Of a DNA stretch of 32,000 nucleotides, positions 9,292 through 18,470 are shown in pieces (position 1 is the stretch's first letter; every line of letters starts with the position of its first letter). The notes under the pieces are model-generated. The model saw nothing but the letters and a program-made list of their open reading frames with translations, ran no database searches and was not told the origin of the DNA. Where the stretch lies: positions 540,001-572,000 of the forward strand of contig CBDCNV010000002.1 of assembly GCA_965219535.1 (NCBI GenBank). The letters run 5' to 3'. The DNA is from Opitutales bacterium. Its GTDB lineage: Bacteria > Verrucomicrobiota > Verrucomicrobiia > Opitutales > PNEW01. The position numbers were made by a program, and so were the translations under genes.

Positions 9292-9708
9292 ATGAAAGAT
9301 GAAAAACGACTTCCCCTTGTGTTATTAATGCTAAGATTAAGTGTGTTTCTTGTCATGCTCGTGTGGACTCTGGATAAGTTTATCAATCCTGAACACGCAA
9401 CGAAGGTGTATGAACATTTTTATTTTATTGGCGGCCTTGGAAATACAGCAATCGCGGTAATTGGAATTATTGAAATAGTAATTCTCCTTGGTTTCTTAAT
9501 GGGTTTCCAGAAACGCTACACCTACGGTGCTGTATTTCTGTTTCATGCGATATCCACCCTTTCGAGTTTCAAACAATATATGGAACCCTTTGAACATCTC
9601 CTCTTTTTTGCCGCCTGGCCCATGCTTGCCGCATGCTTCGCTTTATATATCCTGCGAGAAGGAGATACTCTCTGGGTGGTTGGTAAAAAGGCGACGGAGC
9701 CCAATTGA
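9292..9708 (+). CDS. Small integral membrane protein (4 predicted TM helices; DoxX-like size/topology, unverified)
   Basis: 138-aa ORF, 20 nt after rsmE. Four hydrophobic stretches (LVLLMLRLSVFLVMLVWTL, AIAVIGIIEIVILLGFLMGF, GAVFLFHAISTLSSF, LLFFAAWPMLAACFALYIL). Confidence 0.55.
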   Translation: MKDEKRLPLVLLMLRLSVFLVMLVWTLDKFINPEHATKVYEHFYFIGGLGNTAIAVIGIIEIVILLGFLMGFQKRYTYGAVFLFHAISTLSSFKQYMEPFEHLLFFAAWPMLAACFALYILREGDTLWVVGKKATEPN

Positions 9709-9736
9709 TAGGGAAGTGCTCAAGGAGAGCTAGCCA

Positions 9737-10480
9737 TTATATCTCATAGACGGCCAAAACGGGCCAGTGATCTGAAGGGGCAAAATCATCAAAAAAGAAA
9801 TGAGGCACTGTCGCCGATAACGGTCGTGCGTAGGAATTGGCCATGATCCAATCTATAGCCTGGTTCATATTTAAATATTTTGCCGTGGGATTACAGGGGT
9901 AGGTGGTCGGAGAAATCATATTCAGTGCTTTGAAACAACTTTCATAGCCCGCTTCCCCCATCAAGCGCGCCGGTATTACGGGATCATTGAGGTCACCCAT
10001 AAATAAGGCTGGTTCATCATTTTTTACTAGGCGTTTAAGTTCCTCCATTGTCCTGCGGGTCTGTCCCAGTCGAGGTGAAATTCCGGTTTCCATTTCTTTT
10101 TCATGGCCCTGGTAAGTGTAATGTGCGGTGCTGACAAATATGGTTTTAGCACCCCCATTCAATTTCAGTCGCACCCAGAACAGGCGGCGATGTTCTTCGA
10201 GCATCCCAATATCTTCAGCTCCATGTTCAAGCTCTTCAAGTAGATTGCTATTCCAGTAAATATTACCTTCACAGCTCCAGCCGGGAAAATCGTCATGAAC
10301 GCGCTGATGCTTTGGCATAATCTTATCGATAAATAACTGTGTCTCCTCGCGCAGTTCCTGGATGCAAAGTATATCGGGAGTGAAGAGATCGAGAAACTTG
10401 TTCAAGGCCTCAGCGCGTTGAGGCCAGCGCTCGGTATTCCATAAATTATAAGTTACTATGGATAGCCGGAGAGGATGCAT
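9737..10480 (-). CDS. Endonuclease/exonuclease/phosphatase (EEP) family protein
   Basis: 247-aa ORF. N-terminal LSIVTYNLWN, ILCIQEL, GDLND and C-terminal SDHWPV are the characteristic EEP catalytic motifs. Confidence 0.8.
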   Translation of the reverse strand: MHPLRLSIVTYNLWNTERWPQRAEALNKFLDLFTPDILCIQELREETQLFIDKIMPKHQRVHDDFPGWSCEGNIYWNSNLLEELEHGAEDIGMLEEHRRLFWVRLKLNGGAKTIFVSTAHYTYQGHEKEMETGISPRLGQTRRTMEELKRLVKNDEPALFMGDLNDPVIPARLMGEAGYESCFKALNMISPTTYPCNPTAKYLNMNQAIDWIMANSYARPLSATVPHFFFDDFAPSDHWPVLAVYEI

Positions 10481-10580
10481 AATTTAATTCAACTCGAAGG
10501 AAGCTAATGTAAAAGCGGTAAATGCGCTTAAGATAATAATCGCTACATTTGCGAATCGAAGACGTAAACAGTTATTTTCA

Positions 10581-11474
10581 TTAACCCAATTTTCCTTTAT
10601 TCTCATACACACCTTTGTGTTGATAATCAAAAATGGTAGTCGGTTCGTTTTCGATACGTGTAAGCCAGTAACGAGAATCAAAATGACTATTATCAGTTAG
10701 GAAACGCCAGAGCTTTATGCGCAATACCTGTTCGATTCGTGCTTCCACTCCCATCCAAGGTTGTGATTTCATGAGAATTGTCTCAATTTCAGGATCGTTT
10801 AAGTCGTCAGTGTTCCAGAGGTTGATCTGGCGAATAGTCGGGTTAAGGCGCAGCTTAAACATGAAGCGTAAATTGCGCGAACGGTTCGGCTGTGCGCAAT
10901 GCCAGATATTATGGTGAGTCACGAAAAGGGTGCCGGCTTTGCATACAATTGGCAGTTGCCCAACAATATTATGGTAACGGCTGATTTCCGACTCCTGGAC
11001 CTTGCGAAAATGACTTCCGGGAAGGATTAATGTGCCTCCCATCTCACGCGGAGTATCCTGGGGAAAAAAGAATAGCTGAATATCAAAGTGTTCGGTTCGT
11101 GTATCGATAATGGAATCGGCATGCCAATTCTGTGCTTCAAAATGACCCGGTTCCACGCGATGAGGAAAATGATGATCATAACGCGGATTCGGTCCAACCA
11201 GGCTCTGGATAATACCTTCCACCTTGGGAAGGCGAAATATTTTCCCAATTATGCTATCTGGCCAAATTTCACTGAACGGCTTCCCGTTTGTAAGCCACCA
11301 TTTATGATTTGGATTTTTTTCTAACTCTTCAAAAACTTCATTGCAGAGCTTTTTCGAAATAATTTTATCAAAACGCAGATAGCCCTCATTGACGAACGAG
11401 GCCATTTGTTTGCTTGTCAGTAAATGCTTTTTATCAACCATCGGTGGAGGCGATTTTTTCCAGGACATGTTCAA
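10581..11474 (-). CDS. Phytanoyl-CoA dioxygenase (PhyH) family oxygenase (paralogue 2 of 3)
   Basis: 297-aa ORF (TTG at 11474; ATG alternatives at 11468 and 11441). LTSKQMASFVNEGYLRF N-terminus, HxD in NWHADS, distal His in IWHCAQPNRS. Confidence 0.7.
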   Translation of the reverse strand: MNMSWKKSPPPMVDKKHLLTSKQMASFVNEGYLRFDKIISKKLCNEVFEELEKNPNHKWWLTNGKPFSEIWPDSIIGKIFRLPKVEGIIQSLVGPNPRYDHHFPHRVEPGHFEAQNWHADSIIDTRTEHFDIQLFFFPQDTPREMGGTLILPGSHFRKVQESEISRYHNIVGQLPIVCKAGTLFVTHHNIWHCAQPNRSRNLRFMFKLRLNPTIRQINLWNTDDLNDPEIETILMKSQPWMGVEARIEQVLRIKLWRFLTDNSHFDSRYWLTRIENEPTTIFDYQHKGVYENKGKLG

Positions 11475-11736
11475 ACTTTAAGTAGGCGGTCGAATATTCT
11501 GTCCCGGGTTGAAATGACTGTATCGGGGAAATTTGGATAACGCGCCATCCATCCTTCATCGCGTCGAAGACGGATTCATAAGGGGGCACATCGCTATCAC
11601 CAGTGATCATCTTTTTCTTTTCTGTCGCGTCAAAAAGCGACCAAGCAACGATCTTACTGTCCAGTGCTGAACCCCCCGAATAAAGGATAAGGATCTTTTG
11701 TCTGAGTGAAGGAACGGCTGTTTTATTTTTAACCAT
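11434..11736 (-). CDS. Hypothetical 100-aa protein, overlapping the start of the downstream PhyH gene
   Basis: ORF only; no family recognised. It is same-strand and overlaps the PhyH start region (8 nt, ATGGTTGA, if PhyH starts at 11441; 41 nt if at 11474). The non-repetitive, balanced composition looks coding. Confidence 0.4.
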   Translation of the reverse strand: MVKNKTAVPSLRQKILILYSGGSALDSKIVAWSLFDATEKKKMITGDSDVPPYESVFDAMKDGWRVIQISPIQSFQPGTEYSTAYLKFEHVLEKIASTDG

Positions 11737-11835
11737 GAAAGGTTGGTCACTTTCAGCTATTTAACAATAACAACGATGGATTAAACTTATTCAATATATT
11801 GAAAATAGAGAGGATAAAAAATAGTCAACCTTGAT

Positions 11836-14097
11836 CTAATTCTTTTCCCACTGATCTTTCGTGCCCCGAAAATAAAGAAAGGATTCTCTAACTGGAAGAT
11901 CGACGGTGACTTGCTTGACTCCTCGAGCTACCTTAAAGTCACGGTATACATCGTATAGGCTGGTCTTCCGTGGAAACTTAAGCGTTCGCTTGCCAGCTCT
12001 TGCGGTGTGCAAAGCGATAAACGAATTATTGGCGTAGAGAACATCATCACGAAAATTGTAAATATGCACCCCTGCATTGGTGGCGATGGCACGAAGAACG
12101 GCAGATGATATCTGGGGAGCAGCTGAATAATAGACCTGAACACCGGCAATTTTTTTCGTAATTAAACCGGGAAGGTCATGGCCGTATAATAAACCCAGTA
12201 CTTCTGCCGAGGGGTCGTCTCCGTAAAAGATCGGCCCGACCAGATTTCTTGCGCCCCCTTCATGTATTCCATAAAGCATATCCTTTTCCACGCCGGGGAG
12301 GTAATCGGCCCCTTTTTCATTAATAATTACCTGTAGCTGACTTTCTCCTTCGAGGGTGGCAAGTTGAACACCCGTTAAATAGAAGGAACTCTTTACATCT
12401 AAAGTATCGCCAACATAACCTGGGGCGTAGACCCAAAGTAAAGCCTTGGCGCCTCTCTCTGGCAGCCGATCAATCATCGCACTTTGTTTTTCGGATATGT
12501 GGAAGGCGTTTAAAAAGATATATAATTTATAAGGGCGAGCGAGTCCGATATCATCCTGTAGAATGTAATCAAAGGGTGCGCCGATTTTCCCCAACGGAAG
12601 CATCTGGTAATAGAGGAGTGGAATTGAGAGACGATTATCACTGCGCATCATCAAATTACTGTATTCATCGACGACCACCGCGATTTCCGCTGTCGAGCGT
12701 CGATCAAAATCAATACTTCTCTCTCCTATGGCATTAAGTTTTTCGATCATTTTCTGCATTCTAACGGTAGTAAAATAATCGCCGGTTTGATCCATCCACC
12801 AGGCACCGGTCGCATGGGTGAGTTCATTGCTTAACTGCCTCAACTGGGCTGAAGCCGATTCCTTGTAATCAGTTGTCCGCCCGTAACCTGCAGTGATGGG
12901 GGTAAGGTGAGTACGGTAGTCATTCTCGTCTACCCACAATTTACCATGAAGCTGAATCGAAGATTGAAGCGACATAAATACACTGTATCCGGTTCCTACT
13001 TCACGATATTCGTACTGAGTCGGAGAGGATAAAAAGTCGATATCCGGTGATTCGAGTAACTCCGCTAGAGCAAAATGCCCCTGTTCCTGGAAAGAGTCAA
13101 AAACGCGTTGATATTGCCCGCGGACATGAAGGGTGTAGCCATAAAAGAACCCGACCAGGCTCTCGTAATTACAAGCTTCCTTTGCTGCTTTTGCCATGTG
13201 AATAATGGCGTCCATGACTATCCAGGAATGAAATTCCATGTAGTCGATAACGTGCTTACTTTTCGCGGGATCACGGAAAATAAAATAATCGCCTGCGGCC
13301 CGTTCATCCATCGTCGGTATGGAAACGGTCTCAAAAGAAATTTCACGATTATTCCAAGCCCTGCGCAGGTGACGATTCTTTTTATATTTCTTTTTTAGCC
13401 ATTTTTGGTAAGCCTTGAGTTGAGAAACGCTGAAATCAGGTGCTGGGCCATGTTCAAAATTCCATTGCAGCCATTCGGAAGTACTCCCCGCTGAAATATG
13501 ATAGCCGATAACATTTTTTGCATAAGGCTGAGCGCGAATATGATTAATTAATTCTCGAAGATTTTCCGCTGCCGCTTTTCGCCATTTAACGGAGGAAAAA
13601 GATGGGACGGTTAAATTCTGATTCTTGAGCATAAAGGGCACTCGGCTTCCATCATCAAAGACTACCAGTTCATCCTCGTAACTGCTGTCCCACCAGTGAG
13701 GAGTCATTCCTATGTTAAGTCGTGGAAAAATATAGGCCTTGGGGTTGGCTTCAACGATGGCGTTGAAATGACGATCCAAACCAGAATAATCATAGATCGC
13801 GGCCGTAGAATCGGTTGCGGGTTGCTCGCAATAGGTAAATATATCGAGCGGATAAAAGGAAACGAGATCGACTCCAATATTTCCAAATTGTTCAAATAGC
13901 TTCGGGATAGGGCGCCCCCCCCAATAGCATAAAGCAGCGTTGGGTACGCCATTAATATGAAGAGCAGGAGTTCCTTTGTGATTACGGATTTCAGCGAGCG
14001 GAATAGTTTGTGCGCTCAAAGAAAACGCGTGAAGAAAAATGAAAACAGTGGTGGCGGAAACAGCACAGCAAGTGGCGCGTTTAAAAACTGAATTCAT
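11836..14097 (-). CDS. Secreted glycoside hydrolase-like protein with GH42-like architecture (TIM-barrel-like N-half + GH42 'trimerisation'-like middle domain); specificity unknown
   Basis: 753-aa ORF with a signal-peptide-like N-terminus (CCAVSATTVFIFLHAFSLSAQT). GYHISAGSTSEWLQW resembles the clan GH-A acid/base strand. The segment AEIAVVVDEYS...YKLYIFLNAFHISEKQSAMIDRL...GAKALLWVYAPG resembles the Glyco_hydro_42M pattern. The CDS is confident; the function is not. Confidence 0.5.
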   Translation of the reverse strand: MNSVFKRATCCAVSATTVFIFLHAFSLSAQTIPLAEIRNHKGTPALHINGVPNAALCYWGGRPIPKLFEQFGNIGVDLVSFYPLDIFTYCEQPATDSTAAIYDYSGLDRHFNAIVEANPKAYIFPRLNIGMTPHWWDSSYEDELVVFDDGSRVPFMLKNQNLTVPSFSSVKWRKAAAENLRELINHIRAQPYAKNVIGYHISAGSTSEWLQWNFEHGPAPDFSVSQLKAYQKWLKKKYKKNRHLRRAWNNREISFETVSIPTMDERAAGDYFIFRDPAKSKHVIDYMEFHSWIVMDAIIHMAKAAKEACNYESLVGFFYGYTLHVRGQYQRVFDSFQEQGHFALAELLESPDIDFLSSPTQYEYREVGTGYSVFMSLQSSIQLHGKLWVDENDYRTHLTPITAGYGRTTDYKESASAQLRQLSNELTHATGAWWMDQTGDYFTTVRMQKMIEKLNAIGERSIDFDRRSTAEIAVVVDEYSNLMMRSDNRLSIPLLYYQMLPLGKIGAPFDYILQDDIGLARPYKLYIFLNAFHISEKQSAMIDRLPERGAKALLWVYAPGYVGDTLDVKSSFYLTGVQLATLEGESQLQVIINEKGADYLPGVEKDMLYGIHEGGARNLVGPIFYGDDPSAEVLGLLYGHDLPGLITKKIAGVQVYYSAAPQISSAVLRAIATNAGVHIYNFRDDVLYANNSFIALHTARAGKRTLKFPRKTSLYDVYRDFKVARGVKQVTVDLPVRESFLYFRGTKDQWEKN

Positions 14098-14313
14098 CGA
14101 TTATAGCGTAATGCGGCCAAGCCTCGTGGTTGTTGCGTACTGCAATCCTGATTGAAGTCGTTAATAATACAACGCCCCTTTTATTTATCCTTCACATGCA
14201 TGGCATAGGGCACTGAGGATAATTTAATTCAGTAATTGGTTAAATCAATACTCCCTGTATGCAAAAATCTTTACCCTGCACATTCAAAACTGAAAAGGTA
14301 AAAGACCCTCAGG

Positions 14314-15036
14314 TTACTCGGAGAAAGTAAATGACCTTTCCATCTCAACATTGATGGGTTTCCCTTTTAACTCAACTGGATCAAATTTCAGGTTTAATGA
14401 AGCCATGAGCGCACTGGGGCCAAATTTTTCGTGATCCGTGGACACGATTTTCGGGTTCATCACCAAGCCCTCTTTGTTTATGATAAATTTTACCTGCGCT
14501 TCACCTTCTATTCCACTGTCTTTTAGCTCGTCTGGATAAACGGGGGATACCGTGTTTATTGGGGCGGGAGAAGTGTCCAGTTTATCGGCTTTATAAATTT
14601 TACCCTTAACTTTGGTGAAGACCTCTCTGCCAATTCTATTAGTCAATTTCTCTTCTAAAGTGAGAGTAAAATTAAAAGGCAGCTGGACTTGCTTGGAAAC
14701 GATTTTACCATTTTTGCGAGCCGGGAGAAATTGCCATTGTCTGATCGCGTCCATTGACGCGGCCCCGAAAGCTTCATGGGTTGCCGAAACTACCTCAGGA
14801 TCAACAACACTGCCCTGTTTATTGATCGTAAATTTTACAACCGCGTTCCCCGTGATGCCGTGATTGCGAAGATTTTCCGGATAATCGGGTTTATACGTTC
14901 GAGTCGGTACTGGATTAGAATTACCCTCCTTATCGAGCCCTTGCGTAAGTGAACGTGTAGTTAAAATGACTATTATCAAAGCAGCGAGGATGACTGGAAA
15001 ATTTACTGTTCGTGGGAATAGAAAATGAAATTTCAT
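14314..15036 (-). CDS. TonB-family protein with two tandem TonB C-terminal domains
   Basis: 240-aa ORF with one N-terminal TM anchor (FPVILAALIIVILTT). Two ~80-aa repeats follow: YPENLRNHGITGNAVVKFTINKQGSVVDPEVVSATHEAFG... and YPDELKDSGIEGEAQVKFIINKEGLVMNPKIVSTDHEKFG..., each matching the TonB_C signature. Confidence 0.7.
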   Translation of the reverse strand: MKFHFLFPRTVNFPVILAALIIVILTTRSLTQGLDKEGNSNPVPTRTYKPDYPENLRNHGITGNAVVKFTINKQGSVVDPEVVSATHEAFGAASMDAIRQWQFLPARKNGKIVSKQVQLPFNFTLTLEEKLTNRIGREVFTKVKGKIYKADKLDTSPAPINTVSPVYPDELKDSGIEGEAQVKFIINKEGLVMNPKIVSTDHEKFGPSALMASLNLKFDPVELKGKPINVEMERSFTFSE

Positions 15037-15264
15037 AAATGGAGTTATATAGAGTTTACATGTTTAAGAGAAATTACCTTCAATTTAAAACTACAATAGG
15101 CAATAAAGCAGATACAAGGACTAAATAGCAATTCAAGCTACCAATTGAAAACCATTCTATTTTAAAGAGCTAATTCATTTTTCAGAAGTTCCAGTCAATC
15201 GGTTCTCTATCACGGTAACTAATTATGTTTGCCAGAGTGAACCTTTTATCACTTCAATTTTTGC

Positions 15265-16035
15265 ATGAGCATAATTGATCAATTTAGTTTGGAGGGGAAA
15301 GTCGCTTTAATTTCGGGCGGCAATAGGGGTTTAAGATATGAAATGGCAAAAGCATTGGGTGAAGCTGGTGCGTCTCTCGCAATCGCCGCCCGCGATCCTC
15401 AACGCAATAAAGAAGCGACAGAAAAACTGCGGGAGATTGAGGGGGTCAAATGCGTTGGTTTAACATGCGATGTTACTGATGAAAAACAGGTATCTGAAAC
15501 GGTAGAAAAAACAGTCGATGAATATGGCAGAATAGATATATTAATTAACAGCGCGGGTATTAATATTCGAGGACTTATTGAGAAACTGGACCTTGAAGAA
15601 TTTCGCCAGGTGCAGGAAGTGAATGTTACCGGTACTTGGTTGATGTGTCGGGCTGCCGCGCCCTTCATGAAAAAAAATAACTATGGAAGGGTAATCAATA
15701 TCGGTTCCACTTTATCGCTTGTTGCCTTCCCTGAAAGAACACCCTATGCCACGAGTAAAGGAGCCGTGCTCAATCTCACGCGCGCATTGGCCATGGAATG
15801 GGCTACTTGCGGAATCACCGTGAATGCCGTTCTTCCTGGAGCCTTTACCACCGAGATGAATACCGCACTCATGAATGATCCGGAAAAATATAAAGCGTCT
15901 CTATCCAAAATACCCATGGGAAGGTGGGGTGAATTACATGAGATTGGTGGTATCGCTCTTTTCCTTGCCAGCGATGCCGCCAGTTATGTTACCGGTGCCG
16001 GCTTTGTCGTTGATGGTGGATGGACAGCACAATAG
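15265..16035 (+). CDS. Classical short-chain dehydrogenase/reductase (gluconate 5-dehydrogenase / KduD-like)
   Basis: 256-aa ORF. Cofactor loop ISGGNRGLRY, NSAG, catalytic YATSKGAV (YxxxK) and PG motif LPGAFTTEM. Confidence 0.85.
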   Translation: MSIIDQFSLEGKVALISGGNRGLRYEMAKALGEAGASLAIAARDPQRNKEATEKLREIEGVKCVGLTCDVTDEKQVSETVEKTVDEYGRIDILINSAGINIRGLIEKLDLEEFRQVQEVNVTGTWLMCRAAAPFMKKNNYGRVINIGSTLSLVAFPERTPYATSKGAVLNLTRALAMEWATCGITVNAVLPGAFTTEMNTALMNDPEKYKASLSKIPMGRWGELHEIGGIALFLASDAASYVTGAGFVVDGGWTAQ

Positions 16036-18449
16036 CTGAAATGAATAATTCCCATTCACAAAGTGAATATAGTTTTAAGATCCGATCCGTAGTGGAGGGT
16101 ATTATTGCGGTCGATTTCAAAGAGGATTCATTACAAGCGACTCCCTCCTTCCTTATCTCCGACGCTAACGGCGAAGAGTTACCACTCTTGCAATCACAGA
16201 GCGAAGAGCGGCGGACAACCACTAACACCCATGATATTTTAATATCCGAAGGGGCGATAATATTTCGCAGAAAATCAGACTGTGAAATTATCTGTGAACT
16301 CTGTAATCCTACAGTTGAAGGCACGACTGTAAAATGCGACCGCAGTTTTCCTTTTTACGGCATTGGGGCTAATAACTGGAGTGAATCCATTGATCGACGG
16401 GGAAAAAAATATTGTGTTCATCACCGTGTAACCCGTCAGGGGAACAATCATATGCCCTGGGTCTTATCCTCCCAGGGGTTCGGTTTATTTTTTGATAGCA
16501 CCTATCCGATGACTATTAATCTTGAAGATCAATTTACAGTTAAGGGAAGCAAGATCCGCAGCATTTATTTTATTGACGGTCCAACGCCAGCTTTGGCTTT
16601 AAAAAAATATGTAAAGCTATCGGGACTTCCACCCATGCATCCTGCGTGGTCATTGGGGTATGAACAGAGCTCGCGGACCTGGTTGAACCCGGGTGAGGTG
16701 GATTTTGTCACGGACTATTTTCGAAAGAAACATATCCCCTGTGACGGTTTTGTTTTTTTAAGTACCTATAATGGGAAAGGTGCCGTTGGGCGATGGGGAC
16801 GAGGTGTGCATACGGATTATCTGGAAGGCTACCAGGGTTGGAATAAATTCCAGGATTACAGCAACTACAACCCCGCTCTCTTTCCCGAGGGGAAAGGGGA
16901 CATTCAAAATCTTATCGAGAAGGGTTTTCATCTTATCGTTCATAATTACTTTGAAGGGGACTTCACCGATCCCGATGATCTGGAGCGGATTTGGAGCGAG
17001 CAGAAATTTCTTATCGAAGACGGTTGGGAAGGCTGGTGGCTCGACGGCACGGAAACCGCCTCTTCTCACAAGGTCACTCATATTCCGCAGCGCGGTAGAA
17101 ATGAGGAGGCGCTTACCGAGGATTTTAAGAATGAATACGACAACATCTGGGCGGTTTTACGGGCAAAGGGATTCTATGAACGCCAACGCAGAGATTTTCC
17201 TGACAAGCGCGTTTACATTCTCAATCGAGCGGCCTTTTCGGGTATGCAACGTTACGCGGTGGGCGTAAACCAGGGTGATTACTGGGCCACCTGGAAACTG
17301 ATGCAGTTGCAAACTCATTGGCTTTTACACCATGGAACTTCCGGAATCTTAATGCCCGAGGCTGACATCGGTGGCCATTATGCGCATGAGGAACTGGACG
17401 ACGAACTTTGTATCCGCTGGGCTTTCCTTGGTACCTTTACACCCATTATGCGTTCACACGGTCACAATTGGCGATGCAAGCTACCCTGGGGTTTCGGCCC
17501 GCAGTATGAAAAACGCTTTACATCATTTATCAGGTTACGCGTTTCACTTTTCCAGTATAATTATACCTTAATGCATGAAGCCAATCGAGACGGTATACCC
17601 ATGATGCGTGCCATGGGACTAGAATTCCCTCAAGACAGATATGCACGATCGCTGGGGAATCAGTTTATGTGGGGGCCCTCTATTCTCGTCGCACCGGTTT
17701 ATGAGAAAGGTGCAAAAAGAAGGAAGGTGTATTTACCAGAAGGTAATTGGGTGCATTACTGGTCGTTAAAATGTTATCGCGCGACTAAACTCAGTTCGAA
17801 CTCGGATCCCGGGGAGAGCGATGGCCAATTCGAAAAGCAGGGGGAAGAACTGCAAGTTAATTTTGATTGTGACGCACCCCTTGGCTGTGACCCCCTGTTT
17901 TTGAAAGCGGGTAGTATAATTCCGTTCCGGGAACCTACCGACACAATTCCATTACACGGGGAAACGAATATAGTCTTATGGATTCTCCCAGACAGTCATG
18001 CAGTTGAGTTTGAACTTTATGATGATGATCGAAGGTCGTATAAATATGAAAAAGGTGAATATTCGACACAGAATTTTTCCCTAAGCGCCCTGAAAGCATC
18101 AGGTGTATTTTCTCTTAAAATTGGAAAAATCAAGGGGGATCACGCTGGAATAGTTCGGGAAAAATCTTACGTTCTGGTAATCCCGAAATCGCTCGTATTA
18201 ATCAATAATGTTTCTGTAAACGGGAACTCACTTCCGATTGAAAAAAATGCGGTCAATGAAGTATCGTTAATAATTGATCCCCGAGGAATCGATCACACCG
18301 ACTCTTCGTTACCGGAGTTTATTCATGAAGGCGCGTTGAATGCAGAACCATTGTTCCGGGATGCGCCCTCCTGCCTTGAAGATGAAAATAAATACTTGAT
18401 ACGATTAGCGCCGACCGAGGAAGCTCTCCTGGTTAGCTTCAATGAATAG
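16020..18449 (+). CDS. Glycoside hydrolase family 31 (alpha-glycosidase), cytoplasmic
   Basis: 809-aa ORF. PPMHPAWSLGYEQSSR, nucleophile-region GWWLDGTE, DIGGH and TPIMRSHGH are GH31-like. No signal peptide. ATG at 16020 overlaps the SDR stop by 16 nt (alternative ATG at 16041). Confidence 0.85.
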   Translation: MDSTIAEMNNSHSQSEYSFKIRSVVEGIIAVDFKEDSLQATPSFLISDANGEELPLLQSQSEERRTTTNTHDILISEGAIIFRRKSDCEIICELCNPTVEGTTVKCDRSFPFYGIGANNWSESIDRRGKKYCVHHRVTRQGNNHMPWVLSSQGFGLFFDSTYPMTINLEDQFTVKGSKIRSIYFIDGPTPALALKKYVKLSGLPPMHPAWSLGYEQSSRTWLNPGEVDFVTDYFRKKHIPCDGFVFLSTYNGKGAVGRWGRGVHTDYLEGYQGWNKFQDYSNYNPALFPEGKGDIQNLIEKGFHLIVHNYFEGDFTDPDDLERIWSEQKFLIEDGWEGWWLDGTETASSHKVTHIPQRGRNEEALTEDFKNEYDNIWAVLRAKGFYERQRRDFPDKRVYILNRAAFSGMQRYAVGVNQGDYWATWKLMQLQTHWLLHHGTSGILMPEADIGGHYAHEELDDELCIRWAFLGTFTPIMRSHGHNWRCKLPWGFGPQYEKRFTSFIRLRVSLFQYNYTLMHEANRDGIPMMRAMGLEFPQDRYARSLGNQFMWGPSILVAPVYEKGAKRRKVYLPEGNWVHYWSLKCYRATKLSSNSDPGESDGQFEKQGEELQVNFDCDAPLGCDPLFLKAGSIIPFREPTDTIPLHGETNIVLWILPDSHAVEFELYDDDRRSYKYEKGEYSTQNFSLSALKASGVFSLKIGKIKGDHAGIVREKSYVLVIPKSLVLINNVSVNGNSLPIEKNAVNEVSLIIDPRGIDHTDSSLPEFIHEGALNAEPLFRDAPSCLEDENKYLIRLAPTEEALLVSFNE

Positions 18450-18470
18450 TTTTAATAGAAGTAACTATTC
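18444..18470. terminator. Hairpin between convergent genes that embeds both stop codons (possible bidirectional terminator)
   Basis: 8-bp stem gaatagtt (18444-18451) / aactattc (18463-18470), 11-nt loop. It contains the GH31 TAG (18447-18449) and the lactonase stop (18465-18467, minus). Only a short T-run (cttttg) follows on the + side. Confidence 0.3.

Noticed and set aside
10484-10681. 65-aa minus-strand ORF between PhyH #2 and the EEP gene.
   Set aside because: It overlaps the 3' end of the PhyH CDS out of frame. The remainder is a 100-nt AT-rich spacer, with no motif support.
16020-16035. The 16-nt SDR/GH31 overlap as a sign of frameshift, gene fusion or pseudogenisation.
   Set aside because: Both ORFs are full length with intact N- and C-terminal family motifs. 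A short overlap, or use of the ATG at 16041, is ordinary operon architecture.
16020-18449. Calling the GH31 a sulfoquinovosidase, which would make the adjacent cluster a sulfo-ED pathway.
   Set aside because: By eye I cannot place the sulfonate-binding Arg/Trp/Tyr signature. The DIGG-following residue is His-Tyr rather than the Tyr seen in YihQ-type enzymes as I remember them. It is kept only as a testable alternative within the operon finding.
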